Shown: positions 15,001 to 29,040 of the stretch, piece after piece | How the letters are laid out: every line of letters starts with the position of its first letter | Numbering within the stretch: position 1 is the stretch's first letter | NCBI GenBank assembly: GCA_964016885.1 | Contig: OZ024740.1 | Location: 426,250,001 to 426,314,000 of the forward strand | DNA: 64,000 bases | Direction of reading: 5' to 3' | Source: Eledone cirrhosa | Taxonomy: Eukaryota | The notes under the pieces: model-generated | Databases searched by the model: none | What the model was told of the DNA's origin: nothing | The model's input: only the letters and a program-made list of their open reading frames with translations | Position numbers and translations under genes: made by a program

Positions 15001-18000
15001 TATTAGATGAGAGAAATGAGAAGGATTGATGGTTTGGTAGTAAGATAAATACACATGTTATATTAGATGAGAGAATTGGGAAGAAGTGATGCTTTGGTAG
15101 AAAGATAAAGACACATGTTATATTACATGAGAGAAATGGGAGGGATTGATGGTTTGGTAGAAAGATAAAGACACATGTTATATTAGATGAGAGAAATGGG
15201 AAGGATTGATGGTTTGGTAGAAAGATAAAGACACATGTTATATTAAATGAGAGGCGTGGGAGGGACTGGTGGTTTGGTAGAAAGATAAAGACACATGTTA
15301 TATTACATGAGAGAATTGGGAGGGATTGATGGTTTAGTAGAAAGATAAAGACACATGTTATATTAGATGAGATAATTGGGAGGGATTGATGGCTTGGTTG
15401 AAAGATAAAGACACATGTTATATTAGATGAGATAATTGGGAGGATTGATGGTTTGGTAGAAAGATAAAGACACATGTTATATTAGATGAGAGAAATGGGA
15501 AGGATTGATGGTTTAGTAGAAAGATAAAGACACATGTTGTATTAGATGAGATAATTGGGAGAGATTGATGGTTTGGTAGAAAGATAAAGACACATGTTAT
15601 ATTACATGAGAGAAATGGGAAGGATTGATGGTTTGGTAGAAAGATAAAGACACATGATATATTAGATGAGATAATTGGGAGGATTGATGGTTTGGTAGAA
15701 AGATAAAGACATGTTATATTTGATGAGAGAATTGGGAAGGATTGATGGTTTGGTAGAAAGATAAAGACACATGTTATATTAGATGAGATGCATGGGAAGG
15801 ATTGATGGTTTGGTAGAAAGATAAAGACACATGTTATATTACATGAGAGAATTGGGAGGGATTGATGGTTTGGTAGAAAGATAAAGACACATGTTATATT
15901 ACATGAGAGGCGTGGGAGGGATTGATGGTTTGGTAGAAAGATAAAGACACATGTTATATTAGATGAGAGAATTGGGAGGGATTGATGGTTTGGTAGAAAG
16001 ATAAAGACACATGTTATATTAGATGAGAGAATTGAGAGGGATTGATGATTTGGTAGAAAGATAAAGACACATGTTATATTAGATGAGAGAATTGGGAGGG
16101 ATTGATGGTTTGATAGAGAGATAAAGACACATGTTATATCAGATGAGAGAATTGGGAGGGATTGATGGTTTGGTAGAAAGATAAAGACACATGTTATATT
16201 AGATGAGAGAAATGGGAGGGATTGATGGTTTGGAAGAAAGATAAAGACACATGTTATATTAGATGAGAGAAATGGGAGAGATTGATGGTTTGGTAGAAAG
16301 ATAAAACACTGTTACATTAGATGAGAGAAATGGGAAGGATTGATGGTTTGGTAGAAAGATAATGACACATGTTATATTACATGAGAGGCGTGGGAGGGAT
16401 TGATGGTTTGGTAGAAAGATAAAGACACATGTTATATTACATGTGAGAAATGGGAAGGATTGATGGTTTGGTAGAAAGATAAAGACACATGTTATATTAG
16501 ATTAGAGAATTGGAAGGGATTGATGGTTTGGTAGAAAGATAAATACACATGTTATATTAGATGAGAGAATTGGGTGGGATTGATGGTTTGGTAGAAAGAT
16601 AAAGACACATGTTATATTACATGAGAGAAATGCGAAGGATTGATGGTTTGGTAGAAAGATAAAGACACATGACATATTAGCTGAGAGAATTGGGAAGGAT
16701 TGGTGGTTTGGTAGAAAGATAAAGACACATGTTATATTACATGAAAGAAATGGGAAGGATTGGTGGTTTGGTAGAAAGATAAAGACACATGTTATATTAG
16801 ATGAGAGAATTGGGAGGGATTGTTGGTTCAGTAGAAACATAAAGACACATGTCATATTAGATGAGAGAATTGGGAGGGATTGATGGTTTGGTAGAAAGAT
16901 AAAGACACATGTTATATTAGATGAGAGAATTGGGAGGTATTGATGGTTTGGTAGAAAGATAAAGACACATGTTATATTAGATGAGAGAATTGGGAGGGAT
17001 TGATGGTTTGGTAGAAAGATAAAGACACATGTTATATTAGATGAGAGAAATGAGAAGGATTGATGGTTTGGTAGAAAGATAAAGACACATGTTATATTAG
17101 ATGAGAGAATTGGGAAGGAGTGATGCTTTGGTAGAAAGATAAAGACACATGTTATATTACATGAGAGAAATGGGAGGGATTGATGGTTTCGTAGAAAGAT
17201 AAAGACACATGTTATATTTGATGAGAGTATTGGGTGGGATTGATGATTTGGTAGAAAGATAAAGCCACATGTTATATGAGAGAAATGGGAAGGATTGATG
17301 GTTTGGTAGAAAGATAAAGACACATGATATATTAGATGTGAGAAATGGGAAGGAGTGATGGTTTGGAAGAAAGATAAAGACACATGTTATATTAGCTGAG
17401 AGAATTGGGAAGGATTGGTGGTTTGGTAGAAAGATAAAGACACATGTTATATTACATGAAAGAAATGGGAAGGATTGATGGTTTGGTAGAAAGATAAAGA
17501 CACATGTTATATTACATGAAAGAAATGGGAAGGATTGGTGGTTTGGTAGAAAGATAAAGACACATGTTATATTAGATGAGAGAATTGGGAGGGATTGATG
17601 GTTTGGTAGAATGATAAAGACACATGTTATATTAGGTGAGAGAATTGGGAGAGATTGATGGTTTGGTAGAAAGATAAAGACACATGTTATATTAGATGAG
17701 AGAATTGGGAGAGATTGATGGTTTGGTAGAAAGATAAAGACACATGTTATATTAGATGAGAGAAATGGGAAGGATTGATGGTTTGGTAGAAAGATAAAGA
17801 CACATGTTATATTAGATGAGAGAATTGTGAAGGATTGATGGTTTGGTAGAAAGATAAAAACACTTGTTATATTAGATGAGAGAATTGGGAGGGAATGATG
17901 GTTTGGTAGAAAGATAAAGACACATCTCATAATAGATGAGAGGCGTGGGAGGGATTGATGGTTTGGTAGAAAGATAAAGACACATGTTATAATAGATGAG

Positions 18001-21000
18001 AGAATTGGGAGGGATTGATGGTTAGGTAGAAAGATAAAGACACGTGTTATATTAGATGAGAAAATTGGGAGGGATTGATGGTTTGGTAGAAAGATAAAGA
18101 CACATGTTATATTAGATGAGAGGCGTGGGAGGGATTGATGGTTTGGTAGAAAGATAAAGACACATGTTATATTACATGAGAGAAATGGGAAGGATTTGAT
18201 GGTTTGGAAGAAAGATAAAGACACATTTTATATTAGATGAGAGAATTGGGAGGGATTGGTGGTTTGGTAGAAAGATAAAGACACATGTTATATTAGATGA
18301 GAGAAATGGGAAGGATTGATGGTTTGGTAGAAAGATAAAAACACATGTTATATTAGATGAGAGAAATGGGAAGGATTGATGGTTTGGTAGAAAGATAAAG
18401 ACACATGTTATATTACATTAGAGGCGTGGGAGGGATTGATGGTTTGTTTGAAAGATAAAGACACATGTTATATTACATGAGAGAAATGGGAAGGATTGAT
18501 GGTTTGGTAGAAAGATAAAGACACATGTTATATTAGATTAGAGAATTGGAAGGGATTGATGGTTTGGTAGAAAGATGAAGACACATGTTATATTAGATGA
18601 GAGAAATGGGAAGGATTGATGGTTTCGTAGAAAGATAAAGACACATGTTATATTAGATGAGAGAATTGGGTGGGATTGATGGTTTGGTACAAAGATAAAG
18701 ACACATGTTATATTAGATGAGAGAAATGGGAAGAATTGATGCTTTGGTAGCAAGATAAAGACACATGTTATATTTGATGAGAGAATTGGGTGGGATTTAT
18801 GGTTTGGTAGAAAGATAAAGACACATGTTATATTACATGAGAGAAATGGGAAGCATTGATGGTTTGGTAGAAAGATAAAGACACATGTTATATTAGCTGA
18901 GATAATTGGGAAGGATTGGTGGTTTGGTAGAAAGATAAAGACACATGTTATATTACATGAAAGAAATGGGAAGGATTGATGGTTTGGTAGAAAGATAAAG
19001 ACACATGTTATATTACATGAAAGAAATGGGAAGGATTGGTGGTTTGGTAGAAAGATATAGACATATGTTATATTACATGAAAGAAATGGGAAGGATTGGT
19101 GGTTTGGTAGAAAGATAAAGACACATGTTATATTAGAGGAGAGAATTGGGAGAGATTGATGGTTTGGTAGAAAGATAAAGACACATGTTATATTAGATGA
19201 GAGAAATGAGAAGGATTGATGGTTTGGTAGAAAGATAAATACACATGTGATATTAGATCAGAGAATTGGGAAGAAGTGATGCTTTGGTAGAAAGATAAAG
19301 ACACATGTTATATTACATGAGAGAAATGGGAGGGATTGATGGTTTGGTAGAAAGATAAAGACACATGTTTTATTAGATGAGAGAAATGGGATGGATTGAT
19401 GGTTTGGTAGAAAGATAAAGACACATGTTATATTTGATCAGAGAATTGGGTGGGATTGATGGTTTGGTAGAAAGATAAAGCCACATTTTATATTACATGA
19501 GAGAAATGGGAAGGATTGATGGTTTGGTAGAAAGATAAAGACACATGTTATATTAGCTGAGAGAATTGGGAAGGATTGGTGGTTTGGTAGAAAGATAAAG
19601 ACACATGTTATATTATATGAAAGAAATGGGAAGGATTGATGGTTTGGTAGAAAGATAAAGACACATGTTATATTACATGAAAGAAATGAAAGGATTGGTG
19701 GTTTGGTAGAAAGATAAAGACACATGTTATATTAGATGAGAGAATTGGGAGGGATTGATGGTTTGGTAGAATGATAAAGACACATGTTATATCAGATGAG
19801 AGAATTGGGAGAGATTGATGGTTTGGTAGAAAGATAAAGACACATGTTATATTAAATGAGAGAAATGGGAAGGATTGATGGTTTGGTAGAAAGATAAAGA
19901 CACATGTTATATTAGATGAGAGAATTGTGAAGGATTGATGGTTTGGTAGAAAGATAAAAACACTTGTTATATTAGATGAGAGAATTGGGAGGGAATGATG
20001 GTTTGGTAGAAAGATAAAGACACATGTTATATTACATGTGAGAATTGGGAAGGATTGAAGGTTTGGTAGAAAGATAAAGACACATGTTATACTACATGAG
20101 AGGCGTGGGAGGGATTGATGGTTTGTTTTAAAGATAAAGACACATGTTATATTACATGAGAGAAATGGGAAGGATTGATGGTTTGGTAGAAAGATAAAGA
20201 CACATGTTATATTAGATTAGAGAATTGGAAGGGATTGATGGTTTGGTAGAAAGATGAAGACACATGTTATATTAGATGAGAGAAATGGGAAGGATTGATG
20301 GTTTCGTAGAAAGATAAAGATACATGTTATATTAGATGAGAGAATTGGGAGGGATTGATGGTTTGGTAGAAAGATAAAGACACATGTTATATTAGATGAG
20401 AGAAATGGGAAGGATTGATGCTTTGGTAGCAAGATAAAGACACATGTTATTTTTGATGAGAGAATTGGGTGGAATTGATGGTTTGGTAGAAAGTTAAAGA
20501 CACATGTTATATTACATGAGAGAAATGGGAAGGATTGATGGTTTGGTAGAAAGATAAAGACACATGTTATATTACATGAGAGAAATGGGAGGGATTGATG
20601 GTTTGGTAGAAAGATAAAGACACATGTTATATTAGATGAGAGAATTGGGAGGGATTGATGGTTTGGTAGAAAGATAAAGACACATGTTATATTAGATGAG
20701 AGAAATGAGAAGGATTGATGGTTTGGTAGAAAGATAAATACACATGTTATATTAGATGAGAGAATTGGGAAGAAGTGATGCTTTGGTAGAAAGATAAAGA
20801 CACATGTTATATTACATGAGAGAAATGGGAGGGATTGATGGTTTGGTAGAAAGATAAAGACACATGTTATATTAGATGAGAGAAATGGGAAGGATTGATG
20901 GTTTGGTAGAAAGATAAAGACACATGTTATATTTGATCAGAGAATTGGGTGGGATTGATGGTTTGGTAGAAAGATAAAGCCACATGTTATATTACATGAG

Positions 21001-24000
21001 AGAAATGGGAAGGATTGATGGTTTGGTAGAAAGATAAAGACACATGTTATATTAGCTGAGAGAATTGGGAAGGATTGGTGGTTTGGTAGAAAGATAAAGA
21101 CACATGTTATATTACATGAAAGAAATGGGAAGGATTGGTGGTTTGGTAGAAAGATAAAGACAGATGTTATACTACATGAAAGAAATGGGAAAGATTGGTG
21201 GTTTGGTAGAAAGATAAAGACACATGTTATATTAGATGAGAGAATTGGGAAGGATTGGTGGTTTGGTAGAACGATAAAGACACATGTTATATTAGATGAG
21301 AGAATTGGGAGAGATTGATGGTTTGGTCGAAAGATAAAGACACTGTTATATTAGATGAGAGAATTGGGAGAGATTGATGGTTTGGTAGAAAGATAAAGAC
21401 ACATCTTATAATAGATGAGAGGCGTGGGAGGGATTGATGGTTTGGTAGAAAGATAAAGACACATGTTATATTAGATGAGAGAATTGGGAGGGATTGCTGG
21501 TTTGGTAGAAAGATAAAGACACATGTTATATTAGATGAGAGGCGTGGGAGGGATTGATGGTTTGGTAGAAAGATAAAGACACATGTTATATTACATGAGA
21601 GAAATGGGAAGGATTGATGGTTTGGTAGAAAGATAAAGACACATGTTATATTAGATTAGAGAATTGGAAGGGATTGATGGTTTGGTAGAAAGATAAAGAC
21701 ACATGTTATATTAGATGAGAGAAATGGGAAGGATTGATGGTTTCGTAGAAAGATAAAGACACATGTTATATTACATGAGAGAAATGGGAAGGATTGATGG
21801 TTTGGTAGAAAGATAAAGACACATGTTATATTTGCTGAGAGAATTGGGTGGGATTGATGGTTTGGTAGAAAGATAAAGACACATGTTATATTACATGAGA
21901 GAAATGGGAAGGATTGATGGTTTGGTAGAAAGATAAAGACACATGTTATATTAGCTGAGATAATTGGGGAAGGATTGGTGGTTTGGTAGAAAGATAAAGA
22001 CACATGTTATATTAGGTGAGAGAATTGAGAGGGATTGATGGTTTGGTAGAAAGATAAAGACACATGTTATATTACATGAAAGAAATGGGAAGGATTGGTG
22101 GTTTGGTAGAAAGATAAAGACACATGTTATATTAGATGAGAGAATTGGGAAGGATTGGTGGTTTGGTAGAAAGATAAAGACACATGTTATATTAGATGAG
22201 AGCATTGGGAGGGATTGATGGTTTGGTAGAATGATAAAGACACATGTTATATTAGATGAGAGAATTGGGAGAGATTGATGGTTTGGTAGAAAGATTAAGA
22301 CACATGTTATATTAGATGTGAGAATTGGGAGGGATTGATGGTTTGGTAGCAAGTTAAAGACACATGTTATATTAGATGAGAGAATTGGGAGGGACTGATG
22401 GTTTGGTAGAAAGATAAAGACACATGTTACATTACATGAGAGAATTGGGAGGGATTGATGGTTTGTAGAAAGATAAAAACACATGTTATATTAGATGAGA
22501 GAATTGGGAGGGATTGATGGTTTGGTAGAAAGATAAAGACACATATTATATTAGATGATAGAATTGGGAAGGATTGATGGTTTGGTAGAAAGATAAAGAC
22601 ACATGTTATATTAGATGAGAGAATTGGGAAGGATTGATGGTTTGGTAGAAAGATAAAGACACATGTTATATTAGATGAGATAATTGGGAGGGATTGATGG
22701 TTTGGTAGAAAGATAAAGACACCTGTTATATTTGATGAGAGAATTGGGAAGGATTGATGGTTTGGTAGAAAGATAAAGACACATGTTATATTAGATGAGA
22801 TGCGTGGGAAGGATTGATGGTTTGGTAGAAAGATAAAGACACATGTTATATTAGATGAGAGAAATGGGAAGGATTGATGGTTTGGTAGAAAGATAAAGAC
22901 ACATGTTATATTACATGAGAGAAATGGGAAGGATTGATGCTTTGGTAGAAAGATAAAGAGACATGTTATATTAGATGAGAGAATTGAGAGGGATTGATGA
23001 TTTGGTAGAAAGATAAAGACACATGTTATATTACATGAGAGAAATGGGAAGGATTGATGCTTTGGTAGAAAGATAAAAAGACATGTTATATTAGATGAGA
23101 GAATTGAGAGGGATTGATGATTTGGTAGAAAGATAAAGACACATGTTATATTAGATGTGAGAATTGGGAGGGATTGATGGATTGGAAGAAATATAAAGAC
23201 ACAAGTTATATTAGATGAGAGAATTGGGAGGGATTGATGGTTTGGTAGAAAGATAAAGACACATGTTATATTAGATGAGAGAATTGGGAGGGATTGATGG
23301 TTTGGTAGAAAGATAAAGACACATGTTATATTATATGAGAGAAATGGGAAGGAGTGATGGTTTGGAAGAAAGATAAAGACACATGTTATATTAGATGAGA
23401 GAAATGGGAGAGATTGATGGTTTGCTAGAAAGATAAAGACAATGTTACATTAGATGAGAGAAATGGGAAGGATTGATGGTTTGGTAGAAAGATAAAGACA
23501 CATGTTATATTACATGAGAGGCGTGGGAGGGATTGATGGTTTGGTAGAAAGATAAATACACATGTTATATTACATGAGAGAAATGGGAAGGATTGATGGT
23601 TTGGTAGCAAGATAAAGACACGTGTTATATTAGATGAGAGAATTGGGAGGGACTGATGGTTTGGTAGAAAGATAAAGACACATGTTACATTACATGAGAG
23701 AATTGGGAGGGATTGATGGTTTAGTAGAAAGATAAAAACACATGTTATATTAGATGAGAGAATTGGGAGGGATTGATGGTTTGGTAGAAAGATAAAGACA
23801 CATGTTATATTTGATGAGAGAATTGGGAGGGACTGATGGTTTGGTAGAAATATAAAGACACATGTTACATTACATGAGAGAATTGGGAGGGATTGATGGT
23901 TTAGTAGAAAGATAAAAACACATGTTATATTAGATGAGAGAATTGGGAGGGATTGATGGTTTGGTAGAAAGATAAAGACACATGTTATATTTGATGAGAG

Positions 24001-27000
24001 AATTGGGAAGGATTGATGGTTTGGTAGAAAGATAAAGACACATGTTATATTAGATGAGATGCGTGGGAAGGATTGATGGTTTGGTTGAAAGATAAAGACA
24101 CATGTTATATTAGATGAGAGAAATGGGAAGGATTGATGGTTTGGTAGAAAGATAAAGACACATGTTATATTACATGAGAGAAATGGGAAGGATTGATGCT
24201 TTGGTAGAAAGATAAAGAGACATGTTATATTAGATGAGAGAATTGAGAGGGATTGATGATTTGGTAGAAAGATAAAGACACATGATATATTAGATGTGAG
24301 AATTGGGAGGGATTGATGGATTGGAAGAAATATAAAGACACAAGTTATATTAGATGAGAGAATTGGGAGGGATTGATGGTTTGGTAGAAAGATAAAGACA
24401 CATGTTATATTAGATGAGAGAATTGGGAGGGATTGATGGTTTGGTAGAAAGATAAAGACACATGTTATATTATATGAGAGAAATGGGAAGGAGTGATGGT
24501 TTGGAAGAAAGATAAAGACACATGTTATATTAGATGAGAGAAATGGGAGGGATTGATGGTTTGCTAGAAAGATAAAGACAATGTTACATTAGATGAGAGA
24601 AATGGGAAGGATTGATGGTTTGGTAGAAAGATAAAGACACATGTTATATTACATGAGAGGCGTGGGAGGGATTGATGGTTTGGTAGAAAGATAAATACAC
24701 ATGTTATATTACATGAGAGAAATGGGAAGGATTGATGGTTTGGTAGCAAGATAAAGACACGTGTTATATTAGATGAGAGAATTGGGAGGGACTGATGGTT
24801 TGGTAGAAAGATAAAGACACATGTTACATTACATGAGAGAATTGGGAGGGATTGATGGTTTAGTAGAAAGATAAAAACACATGTTATATTAGATGAGAGA
24901 ATTGGGAGGGATTGATGGTTTGGTAGAAAGATAAAGACACATGTTATATCAGATGAGAGCATTGGGAGGGATTGATGGTTTGGTAGAATGATAAAGACAC
25001 ATGTTATATTAGATGAGAGAATTGGGAGAGATTGATGGTTTGGTAGAAAGATAAAGACACATGTTATATTAGATGAGAGAATTGGGAGGGACTGATGGTT
25101 TGGTAGAAATATAAAGACACATGTTACATTACATGAGAGAATTGGGAGGGATTGATGGTTTAGTAGAAAGATAAAAACACATGTTATATTAGATGAGAGA
25201 ATTGGGAGGGATTGATGGTTTGGTAGAAAGATAAAGACACATGTTATATTAGATGAGAGAATTGGGAGGGACTGATGGTTTGGTAGAATGATAAAGACAC
25301 ATGTTACATTACATGAGAGAATTGGGAGGGATTGATGGTTTAGTAGAAAGATAAAAACACATGTTATATCAGATGAGAGAATTGGGAGGGATTGATGGTT
25401 TGGTAGAATGATAAAGACACATGTTATATTAGATGAGAGAATTGGGAGAGATTGATGGTTTGGTAGAAAGATAAAGACACATGTTATATTAGATGAGAGA
25501 ATTGGGAGGGACTGATGGTTTGGTAGAAATATAAAGACACATGTTACATTACATGAGAGAATTGGGAGGGATTGATGGTTTAGTAGAAAGATAAAAACAC
25601 ATGTTATATTAGATGAGAGAATTGGGAGGGATTGATGGTTTGGTAGAAAGATAAAGACACATGTTATATTTGATGAGAGAATTGGGAAGGATTGATGGTT
25701 TGGTAGAAAGATAAAGACACATGTTATATTAGATGAGATGCGTGGGAAGGATTGATGGTTTGGTTGAAAGATAAAGACACATGTTATATTAGATGAGAGA
25801 AATGGGAAGGATTGATGGTTTGGTAGAAAGATAAAGACACATGTTATATTACATGAGAGAAATGGGAAGGATTGATGCTTTGGTAGAAAGATAAAGAGAC
25901 ATGTTATATTAGATGAGAGAATTGAGAGGGATTGATGATTTGGTAGAAAGATAAAGACACATGATATATTAGATGTGAGAATTGGGAGGGATTGATGGAT
26001 TGGAAGAAATATAAAGACACAAGTTATATTAGATGAGAGAATTGGGAGGGATTGATGGTTTGGTAGAGAGATAAAGACACATGTTATATTAGATGAGAGA
26101 ATTGGGAGGGATTGATGGTTTGGTAGAAAGATAAAGACACATGTTATATTAGATGAGAGAAATGGGAAGGAGTGATGGTTTGGAAGAAAGATAAAGACAC
26201 ATGTTATTTTAGATGAGAGAAATGGGAGGGATTGATGGTTTGCTAGAAAGATAAAGACAATGTTACATTAGATGAGAGAAATGGGAAGGATTGATGGTTT
26301 GGTAGAAAGATAAAGACACATGTTATATTACATGAGAGGCGTGGGAGGGATTGATGGTTTGGTAGAAAGATAAATACACATGTTATATTACATGAGAGAA
26401 ATGGGAAGGATTGATGGTTTGGTAGAAAGATAAAGACACATGTTATATTAGATTAGAGAATTGGAAGGGATTGATGGTTTGGTAGAAAGATAAAGACACA
26501 TGTTATATTAGATGAGAGAATTGGGAGGGATTGATGGTTTGGTAGAATGATAAAGACACATGTTATATTAGATGAGAGAATTGGGAGAGATTGATGGTTT
26601 GGTAGAAATATAAAGACACATGTTATATTAGATGAGAGAATTGGGAGAGATTGATGGTTTGGTAGAAAGATAAAGACACATGTTATATTAGATGAGAGAA
26701 ATGGGAAGGATTGATGGTTTGGTAGAAAGATAAAGACACATGTTATATTTCATGAGAGAAATGGGAAGGATTGATGGTTTGGTAGAAAGATAAAGACACA
26801 TGTTATATTAGATGAGAGAATTGGGAGGGATTGATGGTTTGGTAGAAAGATAAAGACACATGTTATATTACATGAGAGGCGTGGGAGGGATTGATGGTTT
26901 GGTAGAAAGATAAAGACACATGTTATATTAGATGAGAGAATTGGGAAGGATTGATGGTTTGGTAGAAAGATAAAGACACATGTCATATTACATGAGAGAA

Positions 27001-27153
27001 ATGGGAAGGATTGAAGGCTTGGTAGAAAGATAAAGACACATGTTATATTAGATGAGAGAAATGGGAAGGATTGATGGTTTTGTAGAAAGATAAAGACACA
27101 TGTTATATTAGATGAGAGAAATGGGAAGGATTTATGGTTTGGTAGAAAGATAA
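1..27153. repeat. 60-bp satellite array (~450 monomers; open at the left edge of the window)
   Basis: Consensus GATGAGAGAA(A/T)TGGGA(A/G)GGATTGATGGTTTGGTAGAAAGATAAAGACACATGTTATATTA repeats continuously with period 60 and occasional 1-4 bp indels. The array stops at ...GGTAGAAAGATAA|CGATACA (27153). Confidence 0.98.
3045..24059. repeat. 10,483-bp higher-order tandem duplication within the satellite (~3045-13527 and ~13528-24059)
   Basis: Rare variants recur at a constant offset of 10,483 (ORF coordinates 3319/13802, 6019/16502, 6674/17157, 8055/18538, 8955/19438, 9734/20217, 11173/21656, 11468/21951, 12942/23425). Boundaries are approximate. Confidence 0.93.
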
Positions 27154-27278
27154 CGATACATATTATCTGGTATTTAGTTACACCTTTGCGTTCTGTGTTG
27201 AGATCACGCTGGGAGTATCTTTATATTTCAATGTTCCAGGGAAGATAAAATAAATAGCAGTCACGTGTTAGGTCCAAT
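27136..27278 (+). mobile_element. Decayed tRNA-derived SINE whose 5' end overlaps the last satellite monomer
   Basis: CCTTTGCGTTCTGTGTTGAGATCACGCTGGGAGTATCTTTATATTTCA...GATAAAATAAATAGCAGTCACG aligns by eye with the SINE copy at 34755-34850 (CCCTTTAAGTTCTGATTTCAAATCCTGCCGAGGTTATCTTTGCCTTTCA...GATAAAATAAAGTACCAGTCACG). Confidence 0.65.
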
Positions 27279-27437
27279 AAATATACTTAATCAAAAACTA
27301 CTCCGAATATTCTGGATGGATGACTGAAAATTTAACAGAGAAATCTATCCCTAGGGCGTTTTTGATTGTTGAGGTTTGGGAATATATTCTACGAAGATTC
27401 TGGATGTTTGTCTGAAAATCTGGCAAAGAAACTTCGG

Positions 27438-27793
27438 AAAGTTCATAGGCTGAATAGTTCATAGGTCGAAAAGACCATAGGCTGACCAAGAAATGTTCAT
27501 GGAATAACTAAATGAGGTTTATTTTTCAACATAATTGCTGGAAAGAAACAATACCATTATTAATAAGAAGAGTTGAAATTAATGCAGGCTAGATTTCACA
27601 GCTCTAGCATCATTCCTTCATAAGCTGACCAAGATACTTTAAGGTATGAACAACTGGGGCTTCTTTTTCAACATAGTCCCTGGAAAGAAACAATAAAGAT
27701 AGTAATAAGAAGAGTTGATATTAATGCATGTAAGTTTTCACAACTTCAGCATCACTCCTTCATGGTCAGCCTATGAACCTTTCAGCCAACCCT
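27438..27793. mobile_element. Mariner-type MITE remnant with an internal ~143-bp duplication
   Basis: Left AAAGTTCATAGGCTGA (triplicated) ...CATAGGCTGACCAAG is inverted to right CATGGTCAGCCTATGAACCTTTCAGCC. Internal direct repeat ~27476-27618 / 27619-27761. The mariner assignment is from recalled TIR similarity only. Confidence 0.55.
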
Positions 27794-28194
27794 TATTCTA
27801 GTATTTTTGAGCTTGTTGAGAGTTGTGAGTCCGAAGGTTCTGGATGAGTGTCTAAAATGCTAGCAAAGGAACCTATGCTAGAGTGTTTGTGCTGAGTGAG
27901 AATTGGGAATATTGTGTCGAAGTTCGGATCTAATCCAAGACTGACTTAGGCATTCATCTTCCTAAGATGTATACAATACGAATAATTTACCAGCAACTAG
28001 CTTTCATTCTGAGCCGTTACCTCTGAAATATCAGAATCACAATTATTTCATTACCAGTATAAGAGATATTTGAGGTTTAATAAACATTCTGCGATAGATT
28101 TTATTACAATCTACCATCATAATCACTTTACTTTCCTTATAGCTTTAGAAATTAGAATTCTGTCTACATATTTTACAGATACATCGACACTCTT

Positions 28195-28479
28195 TATTGT
28201 TATACTTTGGGAGGGTCATGCTGCCAATAAAAACACACGCACATCCATTTCTGTGTTGTACAACACACAAAATACATGATGGTGTAGGACAGAACAAAGG
28301 AGAGACACAAAATAAAACCTCAGTCCCTGAGGAGGTCTCAGAATGTGTGACGAACGGGCATCGACAATATATAAGCAATAATCCGGTTATCGAACCAACC
28401 AACGGGAAATTTATAATAAATTTAAGTGAAGGTGCGGGTGTTTTTATTGGCAGCATGACCCTCCCAAATTATAACAATA
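28195..28479. mobile_element. ~285-bp element with ~50-bp terminal inverted repeats (TTGGGAGGGTCAT family)
   Basis: TATTGTTATACTTTGGGAGGGTCATGCTGCCAATAAAAACACACGCAC at the left end; GTGCGGGTGTTTTTATTGGCAGCATGACCCTCCCAAATTATAACAATA at the right end. Confidence 0.7.
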
Positions 28480-28555
28480 TCTGTTTCAACACATGTTTTC
28501 AGATAAGAAATCTTGCAAAACAAATTCAGAAAAAAGTATATATTTATATATATAT

Positions 28556-28664
28556 ATTTATTAAAATAACAGATTAAAGTTTAAGGAAAGAATCTCTGCT
28601 TTCACCCTTAACGGGTGAAAGCAGAGATTCTTTGCTTAAACTTTAATCTGTTATTTTAATAAAT
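28556..28664. repeat. Long hairpin: 52-bp arms, 5-nt loop, 1 mismatch
   Basis: ATTTATTAAAATAACAGATTAAAGTTTAAGGAAAGAATCTCTGCTTTCACCC-TTAAC-GGGTGAAAGCAGAGATTCTTTGCTTAAACTTTAATCTGTTATTTTAATAAAT. Confidence 0.95.
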
Positions 28665-29040
28665 TTTTGCTCTATGGTTCTTATGTTTGATATATATTTA
28701 TCCTTATCGAGCCCTCTTTGGATTTTAGTCTTCAAATTTATTATTATTACTATATATATATAAATATAAATACATATATCGGTTCTAACGTAGCATCTAA
28801 GGCTTGTTAATAACCTGTACTTCTGTAAAGGTGTGTGGAGGGATGGCCAACAATTTCCAGCACAATTTCTAGAATGTGTTTGCTCGCTTTTCCTGGAGTG
28901 TTATCCAGACTCCATTTGTCTTCCACCATTGTATATTTTCTTCAAACATCACAATTTGAATATACATGAATGCATACATACATATCTACATCTTGCTTAT
29001 ACATATACATATATACATTCATACATACATACATACATAT

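Noticed and set aside
151-26986. Long minus-strand ORFs with a 20-aa repeat (SSNITCVFIFLPNHQSLPIL)
   Set aside because: By-product of a stop-free frame in a 60-bp satellite. It is broken by many frameshifts and stops and has no unique N- or C-terminus.
1-27153. CRISPR-like array or array of micro-exons (tag|ATGAGAGAA...TTG|gtagaa)
   Set aside because: No unique spacers and no cas genes, in a eukaryotic context. The implied 30-nt introns are too short and lack polypyrimidine tracts.
28320-28360. Hammerhead-like CCCTGAGGAGGTC...GACGAACGGG inside the 285-bp element
   Set aside because: Lacks GAAA, stem III and a cleavage triplet. At best a degenerate relic.
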